This document shows positions 1 through 15,450 of a stretch of DNA of 64,000 nucleotides, one piece after another. Under the pieces are notes generated by a model, which searched no databases, had not been told where the DNA came from, and saw only the letters and a list, made by a program, of their open reading frames with translations. The translations under genes and the position numbers were made by a program. The stretch is from assembly GCA_951406725.2 (NCBI GenBank), contig OX597816.1, forward strand, positions 3,410,001-3,474,000. The letters are read 5' to 3'. Within the stretch, counting starts at the first letter, position 1. Each line of letters opens with the position of its first letter. The stretch comes from Octopus vulgaris. Lineage: Eukaryota.

Positions 1-66
1 TCTTAATGTGTTTGTCTGTCCTTGTTTGTCCCCTCTGTGTTTAGCCCCTTGTGGGTAGTAAAGAAA

Positions 67-115
<49 letters not shown>

Positions 116-419
116 TACACACACACATACATGCGCGCGCGCGAAGTCTCATGACCATTTCTAGACATGAAGTAAAGAACTTTGGAGAGATGGTATCCCA
201 TTGCTTGACACCCTGGTCTTAAAAAAACAACACTCATAAGTACACCGGTCGATTTGTTCAACTAAAACCCTTCAAAATGATACTATAGCATGGCCGTATT
301 CCAGTGCCTGAAACAAGTAAAAAAAAGATTAAAAAAGAATATACGAGAATTTCGATTTATGCCAATGTTCAGACAAGAAAGTTGACAGGTTGGCTGAGAC
401 TTAGATCTTCAGGTGAAAT

Positions 420-705
420 ACATTATTTACATTGGACGGATATTTGTCCTCTTCTTGTTTGTTGTTATCGCAACGTTTCGGCTGATTTACTCTCCAGCCT
501 TCATCAGGTGTCTTGGGAAAATTTTGAACTCAACCCTGGGTTCTCATTCCTACGGTATTTTTTGCTGATTTTATTATCATTATTTATTCAAGGCACTGCC
601 TGGAATTGAACTCGTAATCTTCGACTTCGTAGCCCGCGCTCGAAACCATTATGCTATATGCCCGTGGGCAATTATAGGGGGAATTTTAGGGCTTATAAAC
701 CTAAA
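420..705 (-). mobile_element. Copy of the Penelope-like terminal repeat (tRNA-like head plus hammerhead)
   Basis: Colinear with 18652-18900; hammerhead core at about 467-512. Confidence 0.75.
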
Positions 706-737
706 AAGTTTTGTATCTTTGATACCTGTTCTCGTAT

Positions 738-791
<54 letters not shown>

Positions 792-1029
792 TATTTTAAC
801 TCGATATCATCTCCACCTCTAACACAACACATGTAATGCTTGATACATTACGATCCATCAACAACAGATCATCTCCGGCCCCAAACACCATGTACAAAAA
901 AACTACGAATAAATTAAATAATACCGGTATTATTCAACCCAAGAATAACAATCGGGAAGTACGTACCGTAAACTTACAACATAAAATGTACGAAAAACTG
1001 AGTAAGTGAAAGCACGCTATAAAAAGAAA

Positions 1030-1126
<97 letters not shown>

Positions 1127-1149
1127 GTAATAATAATAATAATTATTAT

Positions 1150-1635
1150 TATTGTGAAAGACCAAAACAATAAAGTTTGCTTATTGATCGACATGAGCAT
1201 CCCCTGTGATCATAATATCTCGGCGAAAGAGTTTGACAAACTCAGAAAATATAAAGACCTACTCATTGAAATTGAGAAAATGTGGCATCTCAAGGCGGTT
1301 ACAATACCAGTGATCGTAGGAGCATTAGGAATGATCAAGAAGGGAACCGAAAATTATATGAGAATGATCCCTGGCTTACCATCCCTGCAAGAAGTGCAAA
1401 AGATTGTCTTAACTGGTACATCACACGTATTGAGAAGAGCATTGTCGCTGTGAGAACTATTACTACACATGTAGTAATAGTTTTTTAATTTAAAAAAAAA
1501 TTTTTTTTAAATAAATAAACGAACTATTGAGTTTAGTTTAATGGCCTACCAATGTATACTATGAGTTTCTTTGCCCTAGGAGTCGGGAAGACACTCGGCA
1601 AGAAATGGAAGCAAATTTGAAAGAAGAAGAAAAAA

Positions 1636-1636
<1 letters not shown>
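1150..1636 (+). mobile_element. R4/Dong-clade non-LTR retrotransposon 3' fragment (restriction-like endonuclease C-terminus)
   Basis: ORF 1154-1453: CLLIDMSIPCDHNISAKEFDKLRKYKDLLIEIEKMW...IPVIVGALG...QKIVLTGTSHVLRRAL. Embedded between (AAT)n arrays, the known Dong target. Confidence 0.85.
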
Positions 1637-1702
<66 letters not shown>

Positions 1703-2031
1703 TAATAATAATAATAATAATGTTTGTCTACAACCAATGACAACATAATCACTAGTTTAAATCGTGAGATGATTCCATCGTCGACATACCGTTCCTCTGT
1801 GCCAATGTTTCGAGTCAATATTCAAGAGCAAATTCTTCTAATTTCAGATATTTTTTTATTTGTTTGTTTCGTCCTTATTTGAAATGCAGTTTAATTGTGT
1901 CGAGTGCAGCGAAGATTCTTTTGATGTCAACCGCTTGAAAGTCTCCTTATTTCTCCGATGCAAACTCCTTGTTTTAAGTTGAAATAAATTAAAACCGCCC
2001 ATTAAGATTTCATGTAAATTTATGTTCCAAA

Positions 2032-2400
2032 CTAACCACTGGGCCATTGCGCCTCCGCGGTCATAGGATCGCGGTTTCGATTCCCAGACCGGGCGTTGTG
2101 AGTGTTTATTGAGCGAAAACACCTAAAAGCTCCACGAGGCTCCGGCAGGGGATGGTGGTGATCCCTGCTGTACTCTTTCACCACAACTTTCTCTCACTCT
2201 TACTTCCTGTTTCTGTTGTACCTGTATTCCAAAGGGCCGGCCTTGTCACTCTCTGTGTCGCGCTGAATATCCCCGAGAACTACGTTAAGGGTGCACGTGT
2301 CTGTGGAGTGCTCAGCCACTTGCACGTTAATTCCACGAGCAGGCAGTTCCGTTGATCGGATCAGCTGGGACCCTCATCGTCATAACCGACGGAGTGCTCC
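2032..2400 (+). mobile_element. SINE family C (tRNA-derived) with inverted 5' end
   Basis: Matches minus-strand copies at about 5870-6086 and 54850-55185 (head ggaggcgcaatggcccagtggttagggcagcggactcg...). Confidence 0.8.
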
Positions 2401-2749
2401 TGCATGTTCCAAACTGCAGCTTAATAATGGCTCGGCACAAGGCCAGCAATTTCGGGGGAGGGGTAAACCGATTACATCGCCCTTCCCGGCCCACCGTGTT
2501 CAACTAGTATTTATTTTATTGTATCTCCAAGGAATGAAAGGCGATCTCGGTTGAATTTGAACTCAGAACGTAAAGACGGACGAAATGCTGCTAAGCATTT
2601 TGTCCGGCATGCTAAAGATTCTACCAGCTCGTCGCCCAACGACAGCTTAATAATGACAGTTATTTTAGCAAATTCTTCCTTATTTTCAAACTTTAAACAA
2701 CGGCTGTGTATTTCAACAGAAATACGGCCAGAAGAGTGTTTATGACGTT

Positions 2750-3157
2750 ACTCTTCTACTCTTTTACTTGTTTCAGTCATTTGACTGCGGCCATGCTGGA
2801 GCACCGCCTTTAGTCGAGCAACTCGACCCCGGGACTTATTCTTTGTAAGCCCAGTACTTATTCTATCGGTCTCTTTTGCCGAACCGCTAAGTGACGGGGA
2901 CGTAAACACACCAGCATCGGTTGTCAAGCAATGCTAGGGGGACCAACACAAACATACACGCACACACACATATACATATATATATACATATATACGACGG
3001 GCTTCTTTCAGTTTCCGTCTACCAAATCCACTCACAAGGCTTTGGTCGGCCTGAGGCTATAGTAGAAGACACTTGCCAAGGTGCCACGCAGTGGGACTGA
3101 ACCCGGAACCATGTGGTTGGTAAGCAAGCTACTTACCACACAGCCACTCCTACGCCG
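2750..3157 (-). mobile_element. SINE family B (tRNA head, CORE-like motif, internal microsatellite, LINE-derived tail)
   Basis: Head ggagtggctgtgtggtaag...gggttcagtccc; CORE-like gcaccttgg(g)caagtgtctt; tail ggcggtgctccagcatggccgcagtcaaatgactgaaacaagtaaaagag. Other copies near 10250-10930, 16570-16800, 22260-22570, 37400-37750, 53380-53595, 61740-62140, 62220-62580. Confidence 0.85.
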
Positions 3158-3927
3158 TTAGTGTATAATGCTACCAAGAAAGTTATGAAAGTAAACGAGA
3201 CATATTTTTGTATTCCGAAATGTCTGCAAAAATTCTTCTTCGATGAAATGAATTTAATCAAATGAATTTTTGAAGTTTTATTTTCGATCTGTAGTTTTTT
3301 GAGTAAATTTGAATGGATTATTGATTGAATGTTTGACTCAGTCAATCAGTCATTAGATTAATTAAACAATACTAATTATCTAAAAGAAAAAAAAAGGACG
3401 GAAACGGATGACGCAGGGGATTCTTGGGGCAAAAAAAAAAAACAGGATCACAATAATTTCATACCTTTCCATTTTTCAAGATGGATTCCAGCAGAAACAA
3501 TCTTCACCTTTCATCCTTTCTTATCTGACCTATAAAAATTTGGTCAGATCTTTGTCTCTCCACCCTGAAGATGAAGGCCGAATCTATCCAATATCTATTT
3601 GCTTCCATTACCGGTTGGACATTTTGGTACACTACATCTGCCAAAATTATGAAGTAACTCCGAGCCCCCAGAAACAGCTGTCGGACTTGTAAGACATTGC
3701 CTCCTCCCTTTTAATTCTCTGTGTAAGTTTGCTCTGTTAATAGTTAAATATTTATATATTAATATTTATACTTAAATATTCGTCGTCTAAAAAATTTCAG
3801 TCTATGCTTTCTTTCTGTTCACATGTATATATGAACATATATATTTTGTATATCAAGCCCAAACAGTTTTTATTTGTTTATTTGTATCGTTCTCCTTTCT
3901 CTCTCTTTCTCTGTGTGTGTGTGTGTG

Positions 3928-3975
<48 letters not shown>

Positions 3976-3978
3976 CAC

Positions 3979-4013
<35 letters not shown>

Positions 4014-4028
4014 CATATATATATGTAT

Positions 4029-4152
<124 letters not shown>

Positions 4153-4290
4153 CCTTTAGAAATCTTAACATAGCAGTTTTGCACGGAGAGCAGTAATATG
4201 GCAAATTACCTTATCATATAGCATGAAATGATTGTGGATTAATAATGGTTAAATACATCGTCTGTGAGTATGAAATTCCTCCTCTTACCG

Positions 4291-4483
4291 CTGGAAATTT
4301 AAATCTTCACTATGGATTAATTCACCTTTTCTGTGAAGCTAATAAGTCTTTAAAAACCTGTGATAAGTCTGTGCATCATACTCCTCATATCTCTGGAAAT
4401 TTAAATCTACACTATGGATTAATTCATCTTCTCTTCGAAACTAATAAGTTTTTAAAAATCTGTGATAAGACTGTGCATCATCA
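4291..4483. repeat. Diverged ~102-bp tandem duplication upstream of hammerhead family 2
   Basis: ctggaaatttaaatct.cactatggattaattca...ctgtgataag.ctgtgcatcat at 4291 and again at 4393. Confidence 0.85.
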
Positions 4484-4595
4484 TTAAGGAACTTTGGAAA
4501 ACTGTTTACAACCTATATCTGCCTCTAATGGAATTATCTCCAATATTTCATGAGTATAACCTCACCCACTAAGATGTCTAGAGAACTCATATGTA

Positions 4596-4686
4596 TTTTA
4601 GCTGATGAGTACGGGACACTTTTATCTGCTGCAATTTTTGCAACTTGTAATAAAGCCTGTCTTTGTATGAAACAATTGTACTAAAA
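4596..4686 (+). ncRNA. Type-I hammerhead ribozyme (family 2) with extended stem II
   Basis: UUUUAG-CUGAUGA-GUACGGGACA...UGUCUUUGUAU-GAAA-CAAUUG-UA-CUAAAA: perfect 6-bp stem I, palindromic ACAAUUGU helix III, GUA cleavage triplet. Confidence 0.8.
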
Positions 4687-4715
4687 ACTAATCCATTCTT
4701 GTTGCTTCTTTCTCG

Positions 4716-4790
<75 letters not shown>

Positions 4791-4976
4791 GCCACTGGCG
4801 CACATATATGAATGAGCATGCTGGTGCAATGTGTGTGTGGATGCGTGTATGTACAATTACTGGCTCATTAACACTTTTCTATCCAAGATGGTGTATGTAT
4901 ATAAAGACAAAGTGTTGACCTCTGTGTAACAGAAAATACAGTGCTAGGCAAAATCTATGACTGTATTCTGTAACAC

Positions 4977-5075
<99 letters not shown>

Positions 5076-6647
5076 GCTCGTGTATATTACCTTATAATGA
5101 ATATATGTACGATTGTAGGTAGGTGCTATTGGATAGTAATGAATTGTCTTGACAATGCGGACAGGTTAGCTTGGTTTCTAAGAAGAATAGAAAAGGAGGC
5201 AGTAAAAATTACTATGTGAAAGGAACAGAAAGATATCGAAACCGTGATCAATATGTTCGATAGGTTTCTTTTTAGATTATTGTTATATGTCTTAATGGTT
5301 GGGGAGAAAGTTACAAAGAAAGCGGCTGACGCTGGGAAAGAAGTGAGACTGATGTTCTATGAGACATAACTGTGAATTAAACAGCTGTGGTGGGAGATGG
5401 GCCGGAGAAAAGAATAGATACGTAGACATACATAATTTTCAATGTAGAATGTCAAAAAGAAAAGCTGCTTCTTGGATATATAAGAATATATAATAGGTTT
5501 GGTGATGCAAACAGGAGAAGCGGAACTCAAACACGAGTATACATATATTTTTTATCAATATGTAGCAGAGGAAAAAGTGTTTCAAGGGTTAAAAGTGTCA
5601 TGCGTTAGCACTTGTCACACTTGTATATAAATGTATGTATGCGACTCGTATTGAAGTCTGCTGTCCATGTTTGTTTGTTGGTTTGTTTGTTGAGCGAAGC
5701 GGTCTTCGTTCCAGAGCTCGCAAGATCGCGCCTCAAGATTATCTGTAGTGGGAGAAGCCCGAAACGTGGTCCTTTTGCTATTCGTAAGACCCGCAGAAGA
5801 GAAAACAGGTCAACCCCCGACACCGAGAGCATCGACGGATGGATGAATGCGCATCCAAGCTCAGCGGTTGCGTAGGAAGACGGGGACAAAAAAACAGGAA
5901 GAAAGAGTGAGAGAAAGTTGGAGCGAAAGAGTACAACAGGGGTCGCCACCACCCCCTGCCGAAGCCTCGTGGAGCTTTAGGTGTTTTCGCTCAATAAACA
6001 CACACAACGCCCGGTCTGGGAATCGAAACCGCGATCCTCCGAACGCGAGTCCGCTGCCCTAACCCTTGGGCCATTGCGCCTCCACGCTGTCGATGTAGAC
6101 AATCCAGGTGGTGTCCACTCAAACTGAAAAGCATAAGAATTAAATATTCTTTTCTACTCTAGGCCCGAAATTTTGGGGGAGGTGGGGGCAGTTGATTAGA
6201 TCAACTCCAGTACGCAACTGGTACTTAATGTATCGATCTCCCATAGGATGAAAGGCAAAGTCGACCTTGGCGGAATTTGAACTCAGAACGTAAAGACCGA
6301 TAAAATACCTATTTCTTTACTACCCACAAGGGGTTAAACACAGAGAGGACAAGCAAGGACAGATAAACGGATTAAGTCGATTATACCGACCCCAGTGCGT
6401 AACTGGTACTTATTTAAGCGACTCCGAAAGGATGAAAGGCAAAGTCGTCCTCGGAGGAATTTGAACTCAGAATGTAGCGGTAGACAAAATACCTCTAAGC
6501 ATTTCGCCCGGCTCGACGCCTTATAAATATTACATATTAATTATAAAAATGTTTATTACAAATCAAAGGCTTATAAATCTATGGTATTTCCCTGGAACAA
6601 CTTATGAAATCATAAGAATGTATAATACATACATACATATATATATA

Positions 6648-8673
6648 AGTAGCGAAACGTCCCGCCTGAAAACAACACTGATGTAGATCGAAAAAGGCTG
6701 CAACAATCCTATGTGAAGGAGAAAGCAGACAAAGAAGCCTGGGTTATAAAAAACATTAAATCAAACCCAAAGGCCTTCTTTCATTACGCGAAAGAAACAG
6801 GCTCAGTGCACTACAAGATAGGACCCCTCCTCCAAAAGGATGGCTCCCTCACAGACAGTCCAACTATGATCAGTGAGATGCTGAATGACCAGTTCAAAAG
6901 TGTCTTTACCACCCCGTTGGAACACAGACAAGTGAACGAACCAGTGGACTTCTTTGCCGCCTCACCTATAACCAGCGAGGCGGTTACAATAGAATGTATT
7001 GACATTAGCGAAAAAGATGTCCTACTAGCCATAGATGAAGTGGACACAAACTCAGCTGCTGGTCCAGACGGTTTCCCAGCCATCCTCCTCAAAGCGTGTA
7101 AGCATGCCCTAGCAAAACCCCTCAAGATTCTCTTCCAGAGCTTTCTTGCGAATGGCAAACTGCCAAGCAAGCTGAAGGAGGGAATAATATGTCCAATACA
7201 TAAAGGGGGAAGTAGAGCAGATGCCAAAAACTATAGGCCTATCTCTCTGACTTCACACATCAGCAAAGTCATGGAACGGATAGTCAGAAAGAAACTAATC
7301 GCATTCCTTGAGGAAAATAACTTGCTGAGTAATACCCAGCATGGTTTTCGACCATGTAGGAGCTGCCTGACCCAGCTCTTACAGCATTATGACTGGGTGT
7401 TGAGGCAGTTACTCAACAAATCAAATGTGGACGTAATCTACCTTGATTTTGCAAAAGCTTTTGACAAGGTGGATCATGGTATGATATGCCACAAACTACG
7501 TGACCTCGGCTTAGCTGGAAAACTTGGAGTGTGGTTGCATGACTTCCTGAAAGATAGGAGTCAGGCAGTAGTGGTTAATGGAGCCACCTCTATGAACACA
7601 CAAATAGTGAGCGGTGTTCCACAGGGCACTGTCTTGGAACCACTGCTTTTTATAGTGGCCCTCTCAGATATGCCCTCAAATGCCCGGATAGCCACTCTGG
7701 CCAGCTATGCAGATGATACGAAAGTCTCGCAGAAAATACAGAGCCCCAGCGATGTTGCACACCTGCAGCAGGAGTTGGACTCAATCTACAGATGGGCTGA
7801 GGATAATAATATGCAGTTTAATGCTGAAAAATTCCAGGCCCTGCGCTACCAGCATCCAAAACTGAATATTAAACTTACAGGATACACCGGTCCACAGGGA
7901 ATTTCAATCCCAGAGCCTAAGTCTGTGAGGGACCTGGGTATCGACATGAGTGATGATACCTCTTTCCAAGTGCACATTACCAGGATGGCGACAAAGTGCA
8001 GACGACTGGCTGGGTGGATCCTAAGAACATTCAGAACCAGAGATAAGGAAACCATGATGGTCCTCTGGCGGACATTCGTCCTCAGTCGCCTGGATTACTG
8101 CTCACAGCTATGGTCACTCACCAGTGTAAAATTAACAGCGGACCTTAAAGCAATCCAGAGAAGATTCACAAATAAGATCATCTCTTTGCAACAGCTCAGC
8201 TACTGGGAAAGGTTGAAACAGCTAAGACTCTACTCCCTGGAGAGAAGACGAGAGAGGTATGCAATAATATATGTCTGGAAGATCCTGGAAGGAATTGTGC
8301 CAAATTTTGGCATTGTAAGCTACACCAATGCTAGAACGGGACGACACTGCATAGTGCCAAAGATCCCAGCAATGCCATCACGCTTCAGGACCAGCTTCTG
8401 CAACAGCCTGGGTTTCAAGGGCCCACAGCTTTTTAATATTCTCCCAAAGAGTCTGAGGAACTTGCACAAAGTAGATGTAGCGGTTTTTAAATCAAAGCGG
8501 GACATCTTCCTGTCAAGAGTCCCAGATGAACCTACCTCACGGCAAGAGGTGCAAATGAGAGTAGCTATATCAAACTCCATTCTTCACCAAGTGCTACATA
8601 TTAGACGAGGTTTGTCGTAATAACAGTGTAGCACAAAACGGCGGTGCATCAGCATGGCCTGAGCTGAAACTAG

Positions 8674-8678
<5 letters not shown>
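6648..8678 (+). mobile_element. 5'-truncated CR1-group non-LTR retrotransposon with 635-aa open reverse transcriptase region (6713-8620)
   Basis: RT motifs NYRPISLTS, QHGFR, YLDFAKAFDKV, GVPQGTVLEPLLF, YADD, and C-terminal LERRRERY. No APE endonuclease is present. Flanked by (TA)n; short 3' UTR ggcggtgcatcagcatggcc...ctgaaac. Confidence 0.93.
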
Positions 8679-9231
<553 letters not shown>

Positions 9232-9609
9232 AGAAAGCTCTGAGTACATAAAAAGACATATTACCGAGGGACAAAGTTCAACTGATATACACCTTTTATG
9301 ACTTTAGTCTGTGTGTGTGTGTATATATATACATGTGTGTGTGCGTAAATATATACATATGTATATACAATATACATATACTATAGATAGATAGATAGAT
9401 AGATACCTGCGTATATATATATATATATATATACGCACATATACATATATATATATACATGTGTATATATGTATACATGTTGTATGTGTGCGCGCGTGTG
9501 TGTGTATAATATATATGTCTATCTATCTATCTGTCTATCTATAGATATATATATATATATATATAGATAGATAGATAGATAGATAGATAGACATATATAT
9601 ATTATACAT

Positions 9610-9717
<108 letters not shown>

Positions 9718-10429
9718 CAACGTCTAAATATCGATAAACGACAAAGGCTGAGTGAGTGAGTGAGTGAGTGAGAGTGAGCAGTGGTTGTCTACGAAGCAAA
9801 GAAGTTTACCGAACACAAAAGGGGGGAAAAAAACAATGAAATGCTTGACTTTTGTCGAGTGTTTTCTTCTTCGTTGCCTTCTCCGTTTCTATCCTCGAAG
9901 AAAGCCCTTTTATCCCGATTCACTTGACGTGAACTAACAACGTCAATGATTTCAAGGTTTCACGGTTATTGCGTTCAGCCAAGAAACCCGACCAACCACA
10001 ATGAGTCGCATGAAATCCTAGCTTTTGTCTTCTTTGTTTTTCTCTCATTTGTTGGGTTTGGGTTAACATCGAGAGAGGGTTTAGGGAGCATTTAAAAGCT
10101 AACTACAAGCAATTGTGGTTATCTGTTTACTTTTATCTTTCGCTTGCTTCAATCATTGGACGGCGACCATGCTGGGGCACCGCATTTTCAGGGCTTTAAG
10201 TCGGACAAATTGATCCCAGTTACATATACGAATACGCTTTGTAAGTCCGCAGGTGTGGCTGTGGTAAGAAGCTTGCTTGCCAACCTTATGGTTCCGGGTT
10301 CGGTCCCATTGCGTGGTACCTTGGGCAAGTATCTTCTTCTAAAGCATTGTGGGTTGATTTAGTTGACGGAAAGTGAAAGAAGACCGTCGTGAGTGTGTAT
10401 ATGTGTGTATATATATATATACATATATG

Positions 10430-10541
<112 letters not shown>

Positions 10542-12235
10542 CCTGCTCTCTTAGCCATCGGGCAGGCGTCATTTGAAGGCTAAAACAATGCAAAGCGCAT
10601 TGTGACCAGCGATGTGTAGCAACATCTGATAGCCTGATCGGTCACGGTGATATATATATGTATGTATATATGTATATATGAGTATGTATGTATGTGTATA
10701 TATTTATGTGTGTGTCTTTGTGTATGTGTTTGTCTCCCACCACCGCTTGACAACCGGTGATGGTGTGTTTACGTCCCCGTAAATTAGTAGTTCAGCAAAA
10801 CAGACCAATAGAATAAATACCAGACATTGAAATAAAACAAACCAAGTACTGCGTTTGATTTGTTCGACTAAAAATTCTTCAACAAGGGTTTGCTCCAGCA
10901 TCGCCGCAGTCTAACGATTAAAACAAGTGTGAGATAGTAGATAAAAGAACTGAACGGAAACTTCCAGAAAATCAGCGGGCGAAAGATCGATTGATGAATT
11001 TGTATGAAACATTCACTAAGGGTAGAAACACCCTCTTCAACGCACCCGGTCGTATGCATTAGAAGCTCTCAAGCTATTCTCCCGCGTACCTGTTCTCCTG
11101 AAGAATATATTGTAAAATGGTAAGGGACCAGGAAACAAACAATAATGGATACCATTTCATTATTGTTATCAATTGTTATTATCATAAAGGCAGCGAAGGC
11201 GGCGCAGCTGGCAGCACCGTTTGCACGCTTAGCAGCATTTCGTCCGTCTTTACGTTCTGAGTTCAAATTCCGCCGAGGTCGACTTTGCCTTTCATCCTTT
11301 CAGGGTCGATTAAATTATACCAGTTACGCACTGGGGTCGATGTAATCGACTTAATCCGTTTGTCTGTCCTTGTTTGTCCTCTCTGTGTTTAGCCCCTTGT
11401 GGGTAGTAAAGAAATAAGTATTTTGTCTGTCTTTACGTTCTGAGTTTAAATTCCGCCGAGGTCGACTTTGCCTTTCATTCTTTCGGGGTTGATAAAATAA
11501 ATACCAGTTGCGTACTGGGGTCTATGTAATCGACTTGCACTCTCCCCTGAAATTACTGGCCTTGTGCCAAAATTCGAAACCAGTTATATTTAGATGTCAG
11601 GCGGTGAGTTAGCTGAGTCATAAGTGCGTCGGACAAAATGCTCAGCAGATTTCTTCCGACTCTTTACGTTCAGAGTTCAAATCCCACGAAGGTCCACCTT
11701 GCTCTTCATTCTTTCGGGTGTGATAAAATAAAGTACCAGTCATGTAGTGGGGGTGGGATCGATGTAATGGCCTAACACCCATCAACCGGTAATTACTGGC
11801 CCTTTACACAGTTCTTAGGGAGATTCAGCGTGATACAGTATATGACAAGGCTGGCCCTTCGAATTACTGGTACAATTTATTTTTGTGAAATAAAGTGTCT
11901 TGCTTAAGGACACAAGGGGCCGCCAGGAAACGGACTCACAATCTTACGGTCGTGAGCCGAATACCCAAACCGCTAATCCGCTCAATCTTTGCAACAGACT
12001 GAACTCAACGAGGCACAAAATGGCGGTGTTTTATTTTTACTTTCCTTATCCTCTCCATCACCGCCCCACACTTAATGTTCCTATGGCTTTGTGAAAAATT
12101 ATTTATCTATACATGTGTATGTGTGTGTTTGTGTATGTGTGTATGTATGCATGTGTGTATGTATGCATGTGTGCGTCTGTGATCGTCACTTCACCACTTG
12201 ACAACCGGCGTTGGTTTAATATCTACATAACCTTA

Positions 12236-12890
12236 TCATTCATCATTGTTCGACCGTGGTCGAGACAATGGAATTTACCATGCTACGCCAGACTTCACGG
12301 TCCATCATGGCATTACGGAGGTCCCGTTGCTGGATGCCTGTATCCCTGGAGATTACATCAGGGTAGGAGAGTGTGCGCCCTCTGGTATCGCGAGCAGATG
12401 GCTTCCAGAGGAGAAGAGTAGAAATTACCTCGTTTTCAGTTCTACAACAATGTCCAGCAAACTGGACTTTCCTACCTTTCACAAGAGATGATACAGGTGG
12501 TAGTTTCCCATATATTTGTACTTTGGTTGGATGACGCTTCCACGGGAGATTTTGAGCTCTCATAAGGAGGCGAGTGTAAGTTCCATCCAACCGCCTCTCA
12601 AGCTTCTTTGATAACGTCCAGGTTTCTGAGCTATATAGTAGAATTGGTTCGACTGTGGCTTTGAAGATTTTAAGTTTGAAATCTCTACTTAGATTTGATG
12701 ACCAGATCTTATGCATGTCATTACAGGCTGACCAGGCCATACCCTTTCTAGTTAGAAAATCTTTTTCAGATGATGATATGTATGACCCAACATATTTGTA
12801 ATCAGAAACCATATTTAAGGGCGTATTGTTGGGAGTATGGATGATGAAATCACTGTTGGACAGGCACTAGTTTACATATTCAGTCTTGGA
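12236..12890 (-). mobile_element. RTE-type LINE 3' fragment
   Basis: ORF 12243-12812: YKYVGSYI...KLKIFKATVEPILLYSSETWTL...FAGHCCR...AMMDREVWR, with a short (TGA)n tail. Confidence 0.85.
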
Positions 12891-13453
12891 CTGAATATGT
12901 AAATTCTGGTGTTTAGTATAACCTATCGGTTCTAATAGGCACCAGAATTTAAAAAAACAATAAACCCTGTGGTCGATTCATTCGACTAAAACCCTTCAAG
13001 GCGGTGCCCCAGCATGGCCGCAGTCCAATGACTGAAACAAGTAAAAAAGGAACGAGAACCTTCTTAGGTCTTTTACTCCCTTTTAGGAGAGAATCGTGAA
13101 AATGGTAAACGTTTGTCGGGTTTAGAATTGTTACTGGAAGTTCCGTCTTGTTGAAAAAATTTCGAAGAAGACCGCTTCGAAAGATATTTCATTGTTACAA
13201 AGAACTGAACGAAAACAAGGAACTTTAAACAAATTTGATTCGCTACTGTTTCGTATTTTTTTGCCTGTTTTTAGTAATCAAATTTTAGGATGGAATTCTA
13301 AATTAGAAAATGAGAAAAACCAAAAAAATAATAAAACATGAGAAATATAATTATGAAGAAAAAAAAAGATAAGAATGAAATAATTAAAGAAAATCATGTG
13401 TATATGTGTGTGTGTGTACGTGTGTGTTTAATTGTAAAATTTTGTAAGATTTT

Positions 13454-13502
<49 letters not shown>

Positions 13503-13535
13503 TGTGTGTTTAATTGTAAAATTTTGCAAGATTTT

Positions 13536-13638
<103 letters not shown>

Positions 13639-13936
13639 TGTGTATGTGTGTGTGTGTGTGTACGCTTTGAACAACAGATTAAGATAGAAACAAACTTTGG
13701 TTGACATCAAAAGTGATTAAAACCCACCGCCCGGTGATATTTTTGTCTTTGTATTATTCGTTGTTGATCGTCATCACTGTCATCAGTATCCTGATCGTCT
13801 TCATCATTTTAACTTTTAAGTTACGAATTTTCATTGCTTTTTTTTTTCTATTTGATTTGAATAACGATTTCAACTGGCATCTCGCCATCTTTCTTTCCCA
13901 CTCTCTCCCACTCACCTTCTCTCTTACTCCGTCTCC

Positions 13937-14007
<71 letters not shown>

Positions 14008-14008
14008 G

Positions 14009-14308
<300 letters not shown>

Positions 14309-14470
14309 TCTATCTACCTAAACCCGTCTCTCTCAACCTATATATCAACGCATCTACACACACACATCCATACAATTCTCAAATGTTTTTTTTCTTCTTG
14401 CCTATATTTCTTTCATCGTTTTTCCATCCTTTCTTTCATTTTTTTCATTGACCCTTTTCCTTCTCCTCTC

Positions 14471-14517
<47 letters not shown>

Positions 14518-14863
14518 TCCATAATCTTATTTATTCCTCAATGTCGGCAAACCGTCTGATTGTCAACTCGAAAAACTAGCAATGTTGGTTCTCAACAAAT
14601 TGGATTTATTCAAACCCTCTCCCCCCACGCCCTCCACCCGCGACTGCCAACCGACATTTCGTTAAACAGTGTGTCAGGACGACCAGGAATCTCTTCTACT
14701 CAGACACCATTCTCATTACTTTATTCACTATTACCATCATTAAGCAAACAACAGACGAAAAATAAACGAAATTGACCTCCATCACCACCACCAACACCAC
14801 CGCCGCCGCCATCAGCTTTAGTAATGTTACCCAAACCATTTGCAGTCAAGTTCCCTTGAACTG

Positions 14864-14895
<32 letters not shown>

Positions 14896-15014
14896 GACGT
14901 CACTAGTAATGCGGTCACTTCTAACATCGCCCCCATCGCCTCCATCAACTTCCCGCATCCACACTGTTCCTTATGTCATTGCCTCTGCAATCATAACCAT
15001 TGAATATCTCCATT

Positions 15015-15122
15015 ATCACCACCACCTCCACCACCAGCGCCTCCATCATCACCACCACCACTATCACCACCACCACCAGCGCCTCCACCACCACCACCAC
15101 CACCACTACCACCACCAGCACC

Positions 15123-15153
<31 letters not shown>

Positions 15154-15450
15154 CCACCACCACCACCACCACCACCAGCGCCTCCACCACCACCACCACC
15201 ACCAGCGCCTCCACCATCACCACCACCACCATCACCACCAGCGCCTCCTCCACCACCACCACCACCACCACTAGCACCAGCAGCAGCACCACCACCAGCA
15301 CCACCACCAGCACCACCACCAGCACCACCAGCACCACCACCTTCACTGCCATCATTTCCATAAAGTACGCCAACGTCGAGAATCACCTCCATAACCACTT
15401 ACTCCACCACTACCACCACCACCACCACCACCACCACCGCCGCCGCCACT
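15015..15450. repeat. Degenerate (CAC)n/(CAG) trinucleotide array with recurring CACCAGCGCCTCCA units
   Basis: Translates as poly-His/Thr/Pro on + and poly-Gly/Val on -, with no splice or domain support for coding. Confidence 0.85.

Noticed and set aside
5740-5780. Hammerhead-like GGG..CCC-GAAAC-gtg-GTC in the SINE C extension
   Set aside because: The upstream core reads CTGTAGT rather than CTGANGA and no stem I can be formed.
6713-8620. Active or domesticated reverse transcriptase gene
   Set aside because: 5'-truncated, in-frame TAG just upstream, no endonuclease, and a G-to-E change in the conserved QGxxLGP motif. It looks like a fairly recent dead copy.
14991-15398. Glycine-rich structural protein
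   Set aside because: The same repeat is open in several frames, with no signal peptide or splice support; best treated as a trinucleotide array.
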